From contig NC_068990.1 in assembly GCF_001194135.2 (NCBI RefSeq), positions 58,098,497 through 58,143,225 on the forward strand: DNA of 44,729 nucleotides, read 5' to 3'. Below the pieces are notes generated by a model that saw nothing but the letters and a program-made list of their open reading frames with translations, did not search any database and had not been told where the DNA came from. The position numbers and the translations under genes were made by a program. The DNA comes from Octopus bimaculoides. Lineage: Eukaryota. Of the stretch, positions 11,586 through 23,190 are shown piece by piece; within the stretch, counting starts at the first letter, position 1, and each line of letters starts with the position of its first letter.

Positions 11586-12919
11586 GAGAGGGAGAGAGAG
11601 ACAGAGAGAGAGAGGATCGAAAACAGAAAGAGAAGCAAAGCATGATCGTTTGCGTATCTATGTGCGTTGTGCTAATATATTTATTGCTAAACAAAAACGT
11701 ATCGTTTGATTCCAATCGTAACATTCCTTCAGTACATTTCGGAAAAGCCCATTTAAAACCTCTATTCTACACATGTGTCCTCTGCAAATATGTGTGCATG
11801 CCTTTGTGAGCATGGGAGCTGATATAATGCGCCCTTCATCACTGAAATTGTTCTGAAGTGTCCACTGATAATTATGCTTTCGATCAGACATGACCAACAC
11901 TAGAATTCCCAGCGGTCTTTTTATTTTCATATTACTGGCGCTTGACCAGGCTAGCAAATCGTGTGTAAAAAATGCTGCCACTTGTCTGACTCGTATGTCA
12001 AGTTCACAGAGAGATATTATATTGAACATGAGACTATATTTTATAGGCTCTCAGAAAAAAGACTTTGTAATTGTATTTAGGAAGATTAATGAAGAACCAT
12101 GATATATGATACAGCTTCGAAACGTATCGCGCAAATTACATCAGAAAAAGTTAACTTCAATCGAAGGGAACTCATAACTCACGGATAAAGTAATCAAGTT
12201 GATTACTATATTTTTCTAACAACTCTTTGGTATGGAAAAATAAAAGCAAACTAAAAAGCGTACAAAAATGTGAGTGATGTCTCACTATGGGGAAGCTTAC
12301 TACACAGAGAAATAAATCTCTTTCTATCTAAAACAATAACAGACCAACTAATTAAATAACTAGTTCAGACGAAGTTGCTTTTAAAAGAAAGTTTTGTGAG
12401 AACTCGTTTAGCGATGATTACAATGTTTCAACAATGTCAGTTTAGAAAGCCAAACAATAAATATAATGTTAAAACACCATCGCTAGCTTTTATTTATTTA
12501 TTCATTTATTCATTTACTTGTTTATTTATTTATTTCCTTTATTTTGTTTTTGCTTTTTTTTTTTGCATTATTATATTGTGTAGAGGTTCATAACCTTTTG
12601 ACGACCGGGGTCAAAATTGTCTGATTATAGCAGATAAACTAACTGCATCAAATATAATTTAATGATGTTATAATCATATTTATCTGGGTTTTTATTTATA
12701 TACATATATTTTTTTTTAAGTCTGAAGAAAAAGTTAGAACTATGCCTTCAGCATATTGCCCGCGAGCAAACAGTTTGCAATCAACTATATACACTGGTTT
12801 TCTTGAGCTCATTTTGCTGTATTTTATCAATAATTTTCTTTTAATTTTTATGTCTTATATTGATATACTATTATATTAGCTTCGCTGCTATTGTTGTCAG
12901 ATAATGTTTTCCATTAACC

Positions 12920-13328
12920 TTTTGTCTTTTGCTTGTTTCACTCACTTAACTGCAGCCATACTGGAGCAGCACCTTCAAGAAATTTTTGTCGAACGATTCG
13001 AACTCAGTGATCATTATTATTTACGCCTGGAACTTACTCTATCGGTTCTTTTGCTGAACCGCTAGGTTACGGGGTGTGAAACCTCCAACACCAGTTGTCA
13101 AGCGGTAGTAGAGGACAAAAGTACACACAAAGTAACACACACACACATATATATATAGTGATAAAATTTTATTAAAAAATTTGATCAGTGGCCTGCATGT
13201 GAAAAATACCTTTTAACGGGAAAATTATAAATACAATTATAAATAAGAGCAAAAAGAAAAAACATTACTTTGCCAATATGCTGAAAATAGACTCTAAATC
13301 GTTTAACCACATAAAATATTATTTATAA

Positions 13329-13367
<39 letters not shown>

Positions 13368-14019
13368 NNNNNNNNNNNNNNNNNNNNNNNNNNNNNNNNN
13401 NNNNNNNNNNNNNNNNNNNNNNNNNNNNNNNNNNNNNNNNNNNNNNNNNNNNNNNNNNNNNNNNNNNNNNNNNNNNNNNNNNNNNNNNNNNNNNNNNNNN
13501 NNNNNNNNNNNNNNNNNNNNNNNNNNNNNNNNNNNNNNNNNNNNNNNNNNNNNNNNNNNNNNNNNNNNNNNNNNNNNNNNNNNNNNNNNNNNNNNNNNNN
13601 NNNNNNNNNNNNNNNNNNNNNNNNNNNNNNNNNNNNNNNNNNNNNNNNNNNNNNNNNNNNNNNNNNNNNNNNNNNNNNNNNNNNNNNNNNNNNNNNNNNN
13701 NNNNNNNNNNNNNNNNNNNNNNNNNNNNNNNNNNNNNNNNNNNNNNNNNNNNNNNNNNNNNNNNNNNNNNNNNNNNNNNNNNNNNNNNNNNNNNNNNNNN
13801 NNNNNNNNNNNNNNNNNNNNNNNNNNNNNNNNNNNNNNNNNNNNNNNNNNNNNNNNNNNNNNNNNNNNNNNNNNNNNNNNNNNNNNNNNNNNNNNNNNNN
13901 NNNNNNNNNNNNNNNNNNNNNNNNNNNNNNNNNNNNNNNNNNNNNNNNNNNNNNNNNNNNNNNNNNNNNNNNNNNNNNNNNNNNNNNNNNNNNNNNNNNN
14001 NNNNNNNNNNNNNNNNNNN

Positions 14020-14059
<40 letters not shown>

Positions 14060-14180
14060 GATAGGCTTCATTCAGTTTCTGTCTATCATATAAACTCACA
14101 AAGTGTTATTCAGTCAGAACATTGAACCCGAAACCATGTGATTAGGAAACAACCTTCTTACTGCACAGCTACGCCTAGTA
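12920..14180 (-). mobile_element. SINE family A, split at its internal microsatellite
   Basis: Tail half at 12920-13130 (GCAGCCATACTGGAGCAGCACC...CTATCGGTTCTTTTGCTGAACCGCTAGGTTACGGGG) and tRNA-like head at 14060-14180, separated by unrelated sequence, (TA)n and a gap. Confidence 0.65.
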
Positions 14181-14289
14181 ATTATATTATTTCATAGCTA
14201 TAATTATAGATAAATCAGAGAAAATAGATATATCAATAAATAAGGTCTGTTGCTCTTCTTTCGTAGCCTCATGAATACGAGTGTATTAT

Positions 14290-14500
14290 TTTATTCTTTT
14301 ATTCTTTTACGTTTCAAACGTAGCATTGGAGTGTGGCAATGCCAGAATAATATCTTCAAAGCTTTAATCGAAAAAAAATCCACCCCACAGATTACTTTTA
14401 ATTCTGATAATTAGTTTACTGCCCTCTTTCGCCGAATAAATTAACTGATTTTTAGGGGGTGTAAACAAACCAACACCGTTTGTGGAGCAGTGTGGGTGCG
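14290..14500 (-). mobile_element. SINE family A tail, decayed
   Basis: Aligns by eye to other A tails (TTTTATTCTTTTACGTTTC...GTAAACAAACCAACACC). Confidence 0.55.
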
Positions 14501-14509
14501 TCATCATAT

Positions 14510-14985
14510 ATACAGATATGATGCATTTCCACATTGAGCCTCATCTTCCATAAATAAAGAATTTTCTTTAATTATTTCACTATTGGAGAAGATTGGAAGG
14601 AGTCCTTTCTGCATTATGGATACATATTTATATGAGTTCATGTTTCCATCACACTCCTCCAGCTCTGATGATTGACCATTGCTCCAAATTGCTCTCCAGA
14701 CCACCACAGAATAGCTGTCTTGTTTCACTGTTCGCACCAATCTTTTCATATCAAATCCTTGATCATAGAGTCTCCAGAGCCACACTCGACCACTGTCAGA
14801 AAATACAGCATATCTGGGCTCATAGGAGAATTTGATAATGTTCCAAAATGCTAGCGGCCATTCCATCAGCTAACTGGCCCAATTTCTCCTCTTGATATTG
14901 GGTAGTTGAAGAATTTAGTACCTTCTTGCTGCTCTGCCATAGTAGCCAAGTTTGTGGAGGTACATGACAGCTGTTCTGGAACTGA
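14510..14985 (-). pseudogene. Tc1-family (DD34E) transposase remnant
   Basis: One frame reads SSRTAVMYLHKLGYYGRAARRY*ILQLPNIKRRNWAS*LMEWPLAFWNIIKFSYE..FSDSGRVWLWR..LVRTVKQDSYSVVVWRAIW..ECDGNMNSYKYVSIMQKGLLP..FMEDEAQC. This matches the Tc3-type HTH linker, FSDE, WG and QDNAPCH motifs. Two stops, first Asp mutated, third catalytic residue absent. Confidence 0.9.
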
Positions 14986-15556
14986 GCACCGACTCTAGTC
15001 GAAGAAATTGACCCCAGGACTTATTTTTTGTAAGCTTAGTACTCGATTAATCCCCTCTACCAAATTTCAGGCCTTCTCCCTATAGTAGAAAGTATTATTA
15101 ATGAGATGACCNNNNNNNNNNNNNNNNNNNNNNNNNNNNNNNNNNNNNNNNNNNNNNNNNNNNNNNNNNNNNNNNNNNNNNNNNNNNNNNNNNNNNNNNN
15201 NNNNNNNNNNNNNNNNNNNNNNNNNNNNNNNNNNNNNNNNNNNNNNNNNNNNNNNNNNNNNNNNNNNNNNNNNNNNNNNNNNNNNNNNNNNNNNNNNNNN
15301 NNNNNNNNNNNNNNNNNNNNNNNNNNNNNNNNNNNNNNNNNNNNNNNNNNNNNNNNNNNNNNNNNNNNNNNNNNNNNNNNNNNNNNNNNNNNNNNNNNNN
15401 NNNNNNNNNNNNNNNNNNNNNNNNNNCCACACCACACACCATCATCTGCACACCCACACACCATCATCCGCACACCTACACATTACAGACCCACACACTT
15501 GCACACACACACACATGCACACACGTCAAAATCACTAGCCCCTATCCACACACACA

Positions 15557-15593
<37 letters not shown>

Positions 15594-15599
15594 ACGCTT

Positions 15600-15885
15600 G
15601 CGCACTTTCATTTTAGGATCACCAATACTTTATTATCTCCCCTTTTTTCAACCTCTCCTGTCAAACCTTTTCTCCCAACTAGTTGCCATGCTTGATCGCT
15701 AAATCCACAGTTTTTTTTTTAATTCTCTCTATGTTTATTTTCTTTTATTCCTTTCTGTTGAAGAGTGTAGGCTCAAAACGTAAAAGACTTTCTCACTTTC
15801 CCAAGCGTCAATCTAATACGCCTGCTTGTTGTTCATACACCTGACTTCGTCTTTTGTTTGTTTGTAAATTTCAACTACATACCAT
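15600..15885 (+). mobile_element. Penelope-like terminal repeat fragment, family P1
   Basis: Homologous to 5120-5300 and 31865-32045(-). Confidence 0.55.
15751..15786 (+). ncRNA. Minimal hammerhead-like motif (P1 copy)
   Basis: CTTT-CTGTTGA-A-GAGT-GTAG-GCTC-AAAAC-GTA-AAAG: stem I CTTT/AAAG, stem II with one wobble, ACGT stem III, GUA triplet; G12 changed to A and U at position 6. Confidence 0.4.
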
Positions 15886-16379
15886 ACGCTCACGTGGTCA
15901 CTCCAGTTTTATCCTGCTTTAACTTCCTACTCTTTGGACTTTCACATCTCAGCTACTCACTGAACTTTCTGCACCTCTCTTCATCTACATAGCAGCACTC
16001 CACCCAGATTACCACTGGATATACTTACAGATTTCACTGGACTCTTCCGTTTCTGAAAAATTACTCCGATATGCCACGATTTCTGAACTTTTTGGAACTT
16101 TCTGTTTCTTCATACTCCGTACGTTATTACTTTGCCTTTTTCTCTCTCCTTTTCCTCTTCCTTTCGTCTTCTCTTCGCGACTTTTGAATTCTTTTGAACT
16201 TTTATACTCCGTACCTCATTACTTTGCTTTTCTCACTCCTTTTCTTCTTCTTTCATTTTTTCTCTTTTTTCTCCTTTCTCCAGTATCCCTGATTACAACT
16301 CTTTCTTCCGTCACCTTCACCACCGCCTAAAGAAACACCTAAGGAAAACTACGTTGTTCCTTTGGCATGTACCTTTTAC

Positions 16380-16630
16380 TATAATCCCGGGCCGATAAAA
16401 GATTTGTGAATAGATTTTGTAGGCGGAAAAGGAAAAATTCGTCATGTGTGTGCATGTGCCTTTGTCCTCCAATACCGCTTAACATCCTTTGTTGGTTGGT
16501 TTACGTCCCCGTTATTTAGTGATTCGGCAAACCAGACCATTTGAAGAAGCACCGGACTTTGAAAAATAAGTACTGGAACCGATTCGATTGACTAAAAGTG
16601 TTCAAGGCGGTGCCCTAGCAAGGCCGCCGT
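16380..16630 (+). mobile_element. SINE family A, head-truncated
   Basis: TTTACGTCCCCGTTATTTAGTGATTCGGCAAA...CAAGGCGGTGCCCTAGCAAGGCCGC matches the other A copies. Confidence 0.7.
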
Positions 16631-16699
16631 TCAATTCATATATATATATATATATATGAATGTATGTGTGTGTGTGCATGTGTACATAGCCATATATAT

Positions 16700-16739
<40 letters not shown>

Positions 16740-16794
16740 TATACGCAGATACATATGCTGGACTTCACAGACAGACAGCTTTACAGATTGCTAG

Positions 16795-16803
16795 CTAGAT
16801 AGG

Positions 16804-16853
<50 letters not shown>
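16795..16853. repeat. (GATA)n microsatellite
   Basis: Read directly; another occurs at about 19662-19700. Confidence 0.95.
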
Positions 16854-16854
<1 letters not shown>

Positions 16855-17934
16855 GTTATAAACATATAAATATATCTACATTCATTGTAGATATAATTTA
16901 TTGTCGAACACAGTCCAAATACTAATAACGAAATATTATTGTAAACTAACAAATTAAAGAACATCATAATATGAAAGACCTTGCAAATATATTTCCTAAC
17001 CCCAACAAATTACAAGAAAATGTATTGTATTTATATAGAAATATTAGAAGACAATCATATGTACTTATAGATTTTCTTATGTTCGTTGAATTTTCGAGAA
17101 TATTCAAGTCACTATGTGAACATATTTGTAAATTCACCCATTGTACACACTCTAACTCCTTACGAAAGTAAACACTTACAATAAATGACAGATTGGACAC
17201 AAACCATACGAGTGTCATTTAAGCAATCATAATATATGCTTATACCGTAGCAGAGCTAGCCCAGTAGAGTAGAGGGAATGGCAATGATCAAGATAACTTA
17301 AATAATGAGAAAAAAAGCAAATAATAATATCGGAAACTGATCTCAGTATTCAAACCTATTTACTCTTTGTTGCCGTGACTGATATCTGAATATGAAACAG
17401 AACATTTGTAAGCGAATCCTTATTAATATATGTCTTATTTGTATGCGTACCGGTGACATTCACAAATACACAAACATTCATCATTACAGTGGGCATACAG
17501 CTCATTTCAAATTAATGCATTTTATTTCAGTAGTGTTTTACAATTTATATTCCTTGCCAATAAAGCTGCAGCAATTATTTAATATATATTTCAAAATAAA
17601 CAGAATGGACGGTGCAATTATAAATGTGTGTTGGAGAATTCGCTCTGAAATCGCGTCACCTCCATCTCCGTTCTATTACCTGGAAAATATAACAAATGTA
17701 CCTGCGTACATAACTATCTACCTACACACACCACACACCCACATATATATATATATATATGATACTGACTGTCAACCTTGAACTTGCACTCATTCGCCAC
17801 CACCAACTGTCACTCAATAGTATACATACATGCATGCATGCATACATACATACATGCGTATATTCATGCATGCATGCATGCATGTATGACTATACGTAGA
17901 TTGCGTGTCCGTTTTCCGGTTCCGTTTCTACTAC

Positions 17935-18090
17935 AGGTATAAAGCCTCAGATTTTGGGAGAAGATACTAATCGATCACATCAACTCCAGTGTCCATGTGG
18001 TACTTTTTTATCGACTCCGACCGGATGAAAGGCAAAGACGACCATGGTGGTATTTGAACTCAGCGCAAAGCCAGAAAGAAATACGTTCAC
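17935..18090 (-). mobile_element. SINE-like family B fragment
   Basis: ATCGACTCCG..GGATGAAAGGCAAAG.CGACC..GGTGGTATTTGAACTCAG matches 20527, 25705 and 41288. Confidence 0.7.
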
Positions 18091-19189
18091 TACTGAAACA
18101 GGCAGTGAGCGAAATTGCATACAATATTTGTTACATTAAAATAAAAAAATAGTAATTAACGTTTGAAAAGAGAAAAGTTCGAACATGCTTGCTTTTTATT
18201 TATTAGATAATTCTGGATGAAGAGACGGCAACCATGGCATTTTCAAGGACTCCGACACGGACGAGATAGACTCAGTTACCATATATCTTGAAGATTTGCA
18301 TGTCGAGGTGAAAAATTCTATTCAGGCAACTATTGGAAATTACAGATTAGTTCTTATATGTTACTGCACTTTTTTTTTACTTCTACAAATTAATTCGTGA
18401 CTCTGCGCTAGCAGGTAAAGTTTTACTAATTTTCAACAGAGTGATATGTCCAGCTTCGTTTTAATGTTTCAATAAAATTAAGTGGCTTGCTGCTCTTTTC
18501 TGTTCTTAATTCGCTCTCGGATACATTTACATTAAAATCTTATCAGTTAATTTATATTGTTTTGGGTACTCCCCGTGTCATTTTCTACAAAAATAGACTT
18601 ATTTAGAATGTCTTTACAAGAAATTATTTATCAAAATGTTCCATAAAATATTTAACAGTCTTTCATAAAATATTTATCAAACTCAATTATTCGACACAGT
18701 CAGAAATAAATTAATAAAGATGGATATTATTTAAATTCCATTAAGCTCCGCCAAAATTTGATTACTTTCTTAGGCATAAAGTGACACATTTCCAACAAAG
18801 TAAATTCGGGATAGTCGATATTTGTATCTTTTATTTTTCTCAAATAATAAGGATCAATTGAAATTAATTGGCTTCGAATCTGAACATTGAACTGTAGAGA
18901 ACTCTCCGCAGGAAATTAGATTTTGATATTTTCCTCGCAATTAATATTTTCGATTAATCTTCAGTGAAAAATTATGACCAACATGATTTAGCTAGTAGGT
19001 ACTTGATTTCATGTTCACGTTTCAACCCCGCTCAAAACCAAATATATTTATGCCGCTCTACCCCATATATTTCACATTTTAGCTCAAGAAACACCGATTT
19101 TCCACTAATATATATTTAAAAATGCCAATATTACTACAGGACCAAAAAATGAAAAACATTTTAGAAAAGCACCCGATTTTAAAAAGGAA

Positions 19190-19615
19190 GAAGATCCTCT
19201 ACGACAGTGGTGCTAAAATGGAGACCTTTGAGCTACATTTTCATTTTGGGGAAGAGATAAAATTCAGCAGGTGCTAAATCTGGCGAATAGGGGTGGGGGT
19301 GCGGATGCGTTACCATCTTGCTTTTGGCGAGAAACTCACGAGTGAGGAGATATTAGTGAGGAGGTGCATTTCTATCGCTGTAAGCTTGCCGAAGCATGCT
19401 TAATGTCTTTGTAGCAGACTCCCCATGATAAAAATCGCAGACTACAAAATACACGGTCGCAAAAACACAAATTTCGCAATTTGTGAAGTAAACACAGTAA
19501 TGTCATGTTTCCTCATGAAGGTCATTGCTAGCGCATACTGTGCATGCATCTGTGCTGCCATCTGTTAGCGCCCTGGTGAACTAGTTCGGGAACTTTTTTA
19601 TATCCATCTTGTGTT
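19190..19615 (-). mobile_element. Internally deleted mariner-family (DD34D) element
   Basis: Minus frame: CDFYHGESATKTLSMLRQAYSD (N-terminal HTH-like) joined to RNAPPH*YLLTREFLAKSKMVTHPHPHPYSPDLAPAEFYLFPKMKM*LKG. YSPDLAP at 19269-19289 is the mariner signature. TIR-like AAAAAGTTCCCGAACTAG lies near 19580-19600. Confidence 0.85.
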
Positions 19616-19661
19616 TATGCATGCATACCTATATACATATGTGTGTATATATACACTGAAA

Positions 19662-19701
<40 letters not shown>

Positions 19702-19809
19702 ACAGACAGAGACAGAGGGGAAAGAAAGTCAGACAAAGGCAGACATACATGCATACATTTGTGTGTGTGTGATTGTGTGTGTGTGTGTGATTGTGTGTTT
19801 GTGTGTGGG

Positions 19810-20008
19810 GGGTTACAATGCGCTTTGCATAGTTTTATCTTTCAAATGATGCCACCATCCCGCTGGCTAGATGAGAAGTCCCACGTCCCCTACCCTGTCA
19901 GAAGGCAAAGTGTTTTGCTCAAGAACGCGCCGCTCGGTCCCGAAACCGAACCCAAGATCTAGTGATCGTAAATGCAACGCCCGAGGCACTAGGCCACGCA
20001 TCTTCACC
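19810..20008 (-). mobile_element. tRNA-derived SINE, family C-like
   Basis: A-box TGGCCTAGTG, B-box-like GGTTCGGTTTC, then GTTCTTGAGCAAAACACTTT. Confidence 0.7.
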
Positions 20009-20080
20009 ACATACCTTATAAAATACAAATATATATGTGTGTGTGTATGTGTGTGTGTGTGTGTGTGTGTGTCTGTGTCT

Positions 20081-20120
<40 letters not shown>

Positions 20121-20526
20121 NNNNNNNNNNNNNNNNNNNNNNNNNNNNNNNNNNNNNNNNNNNNNNNNNNNNNNNNNNNNNNNNNNNNNNNNNNNNNNNN
20201 NNNNNNNNNNNNNNNNNNNNNNNNNNNNNNNNNNNNNNNNNNNNNNNNNNNNNNNNNNNNNNNNNNNNNNNNNNNNNNNNNNNNNNNNNNNNNNNNNNNN
20301 NNNNNNNNNNNNNNNNNNNNNNNNNNNNNNNNNNNNNNNNNNNNNNNNNNNNNNNNNNNNNNNNNNNNNNNNNNNNNNNNNNNNNNNNNNNNNNNNNNNN
20401 NNNNNNNNNNNNNNNNNNNNNNNNNNNNNNNNNNNNNNNNNNNNNNNNNNNNNNNNNNNNNNNNNNNNNNNNNNNNNNNNNNNNNNNNNNNNNNNNNNNN
20501 NNNNNNNNNNNNNNNNNNNNNNNNNN

Positions 20527-20645
20527 GCGTAACTGGTTCTTATTTCAACGACCCCAAAAGGATGAAAGGCAAAGTCGACCTCGACGGAATTTGAACTCAG
20601 CATTTCGCTCGGCGTGCTAATGATTCAGCCTGCTCACCACCTTAT
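20527..20645 (-). mobile_element. SINE-like family B fragment
   Basis: GGATGAAAGGCAAAGTCGACCTCGACGGAATTTGAACTCAG. Confidence 0.75.
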
Positions 20646-21239
20646 TATGACCACAAATTATAATATATATGCAAACACAACTGACCAAACATTGGTGTCA
20701 AAGAAGCAAATTGGTGACAGTTTGTTAAAACAACGTTTGGTTTTTTAACAGAAGCGGAAAACACTACAATCAGAGCCAAAAAGAAATTAGTTTCATGTTT
20801 TGGCACACCATGTACATGAAACACGAAGGTTCTATTGCAGAATATTTGAGTAAAACAATGAAGGTAATGTGTATTAAACAATGCAAGTGAAGCATATCTC
20901 TTTCTCCATAAAAAATGAGAAGTGAAAGCTTAACTATTATACGTTTTTGATTTCTTATAAAGCTTTCAAACCAAATGATAACTAGACATAGAAATATACT
21001 TCTAAATATATTCCGTTTGAATTTGAAATGTATAAATAATTTGTTAGTTGTGGTTCATTATAGTTTCATTATTAAAAAAACTAAAGCAACATTTCAAATC
21101 CTCAGAAATTTAGATAACGCAATACTAACACATCCAGTATTTAGTATTCAGTACATGCCAGCTTCATAACTTAGCTCGAATAATCTGCAAAAGAGCTGAT
21201 AGTAACTTATCTCTTTACGAAAATAGCATTATCCGTTAC

Positions 21240-21470
21240 GCATTCAGCCCTTTTCATGTCCTTCATTAACGACTGCATCAAGATTCTTCGTCAATGACCT
21301 TCATCAGCAACTGAGGGATGTCCGATAATCCTCGGACACCTCCCAGTAGATGTTGTGATTGTCGAACCTGGAGAGGGGTTGTTTGTAATCAGAATTACAA
21401 CTGTAGAATCGTCGACTGTCCAGATAGAATCTTCTTCTCTATAACTGGTTCTTACAAGGATATTTCCACT
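21240..21470. other. GC-elevated coding-like island, strand and frame unresolved
   Basis: Several frames stay open for 30-58 codons. Strong minus-strand acceptors occur (TTTTTTTCGTATTTAAG and CCCCTCTCCAG). Confidence 0.25.
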
Positions 21471-22394
21471 TAAATACGAAAAAAAAAATGGAAAACTGAA
21501 AATAGAATACAGAACAATATAAGTCTGTAGTTATAAATTTTTTTTTCTTTGTACTATTTTTTAGAGCTTACATTTTCATTTGTCTAAACAAAAATAAGAA
21601 AAGTAGCTAGTGAAAAGATAGCGCAGTCAAGGTCGAGCGAGAATAAATCAATAAAAAAAAGAGAAAGAGAAAAGAAAGAATAACAAGAAACTATAGAGAA
21701 AATTTAACAAAAAAGAGTGAAGCACAATCTAAGAAATAAGATACATTCTATAACTGTTGCGGAAGTTCGTAACTTTAGGAATAAGAGCAGTGAACTCATT
21801 GAGAAGCTATTGGATAGTCACGTTATTAAGTCAGCATTTTTCTATTAAGTCTCGTTATATACCTCATATATTATGCAATGCAACAATCAATTTCGCAAGA
21901 GCTATTTCGCTGCATTCATCAATAATATGAATACATAATCACAGAGATAGTGTTAACAAAAATAAAATGAAGCAAAAAATGCATAATGAAAAGCAATTGG
22001 AAAAAGAGACGGAAGAAGACAGTGATAATTAACTCAGTCAATATAAACATTTTCATTAATAGAAGAGATTATAGTTGTTTCAATTATGATAAATTCTCGT
22101 TAGCAAAGGGTGAAAATATCACTAAGACTGTATATTTCTTCTGAATAGAAAATTATACAATCTTTTGGAAATTGTCACATTTTCTCTAGAGGCTTAAATT
22201 TAACCCCATAATAGAGCAGATATTAATGTGATAGAAAAATTAATCAACTACCAATTTGTCTCGGAATAGCGGTAGTTTTAAACATGAGAGCTAACTCATG
22301 CATTCTTTCTTTCATTTCAAAATCGAATAGAATTCTATTTTATATGAATATGTATACATGGAGGCTTTTAACTGCGTCAAGTAACACAGGCGAT

Positions 22395-22500
22395 AGATTA
22401 ATCGTAGCAGGAGTGAGATCTCACTTAAATCTCACCTACCATCTTTAAAAAAAGAACACATTGAATAATGTAGTTCTAGATTCAGTTATGCCTAAACATA
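22395..22500. repeat. Decayed dispersed repeat (family D); similar fragments at about 24700-24790 and 29785-29862
   Basis: Shared AATCWCAC..AC..TCTT.AAAAAA...ACATT.RATAATGTAG pattern, aligned by eye. Confidence 0.35.
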
Positions 22501-23044
22501 CACGGCACGAACTCTACAAACAGCAACTACATTTCTTTCAAATTACTCTCTACAGTCTCAAAAATAGAATGGCGTATTGGAAAATACGGGATTAGAAACT
22601 CTATTTTTGAAAATATGGAGTTTTTATGATGAGAAAGCCTATGATCACGGATTTATTCAATCAGGACTAAGTTCATGTTAAGCAACAAACAGAAAATCAT
22701 TTGAAACTTGATGTAAATTCAGTACAGAAATTGATTGAATTTAGCAGAATTTAGCAGAATACTTTCAACAAGATTTAAACAATTTTGGTTAGAAATATTT
22801 AAAGCTGGGGTTACAAATATAGAATGATTGAGACCTAACACAACAGTTAACATTTTTAATAGGACAGTTTACTTACCAATTCTTACTTAATTGATCTCCA
22901 AGACGCACACTTTTTAAAGTTGGATATTATATTGTATTGCATCCATAGCTTTTTCAGCTTTGAATAGTGATGGCATGTGTAGACTCAATACCTTTTCATA
23001 ATATAGTAGAGGTTATTCCTTGTTAAAAACGCTCCCTATGAATG

Positions 23045-23190
23045 AATATCGATTTCTAACACTGACATAAGGCTACAAATTATTGAAACGGTATAGTGGA
23101 TTAAATCTATTCCTGTGCTTGATTGGTATTTCATTTACTAGAGCTCTGAAAATGGATGTCAAAGTTGACATCGGCAGGATTCAAAATGAA
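23045..23190 (-). mobile_element. SINE-like family B, heavily decayed
   Basis: TTTCTAACACTGACATAAGGCTACAAATT...AAAGTTGACATCGGCAGGATTCAAA. Confidence 0.45.

Noticed and set aside
11950-11992. 43-nt exon-like segment ASKSCVKNAATCLT with a GTATGT donor
   Set aside because: Plausible, but no phase link to neighbouring candidates and no homology.
11658-12029. 123-aa minus-strand ORF, considered as a MULE-like transposase fragment
   Set aside because: The motif spacing does not fit, and no homology was recognised.
16085-16265. Imperfect tandem duplication in a CT-rich tract followed by a very strong acceptor-like AG
   Set aside because: Low-complexity sequence adjacent to repeats; no convincing donor or peptide.
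21283-21310. Minus-strand CTGATGA-AG-GTC-ATT-GAC-GAAG as a hammerhead
   Set aside because: It has GAAG instead of GAAA, a 3-bp stem and no stem I or III.
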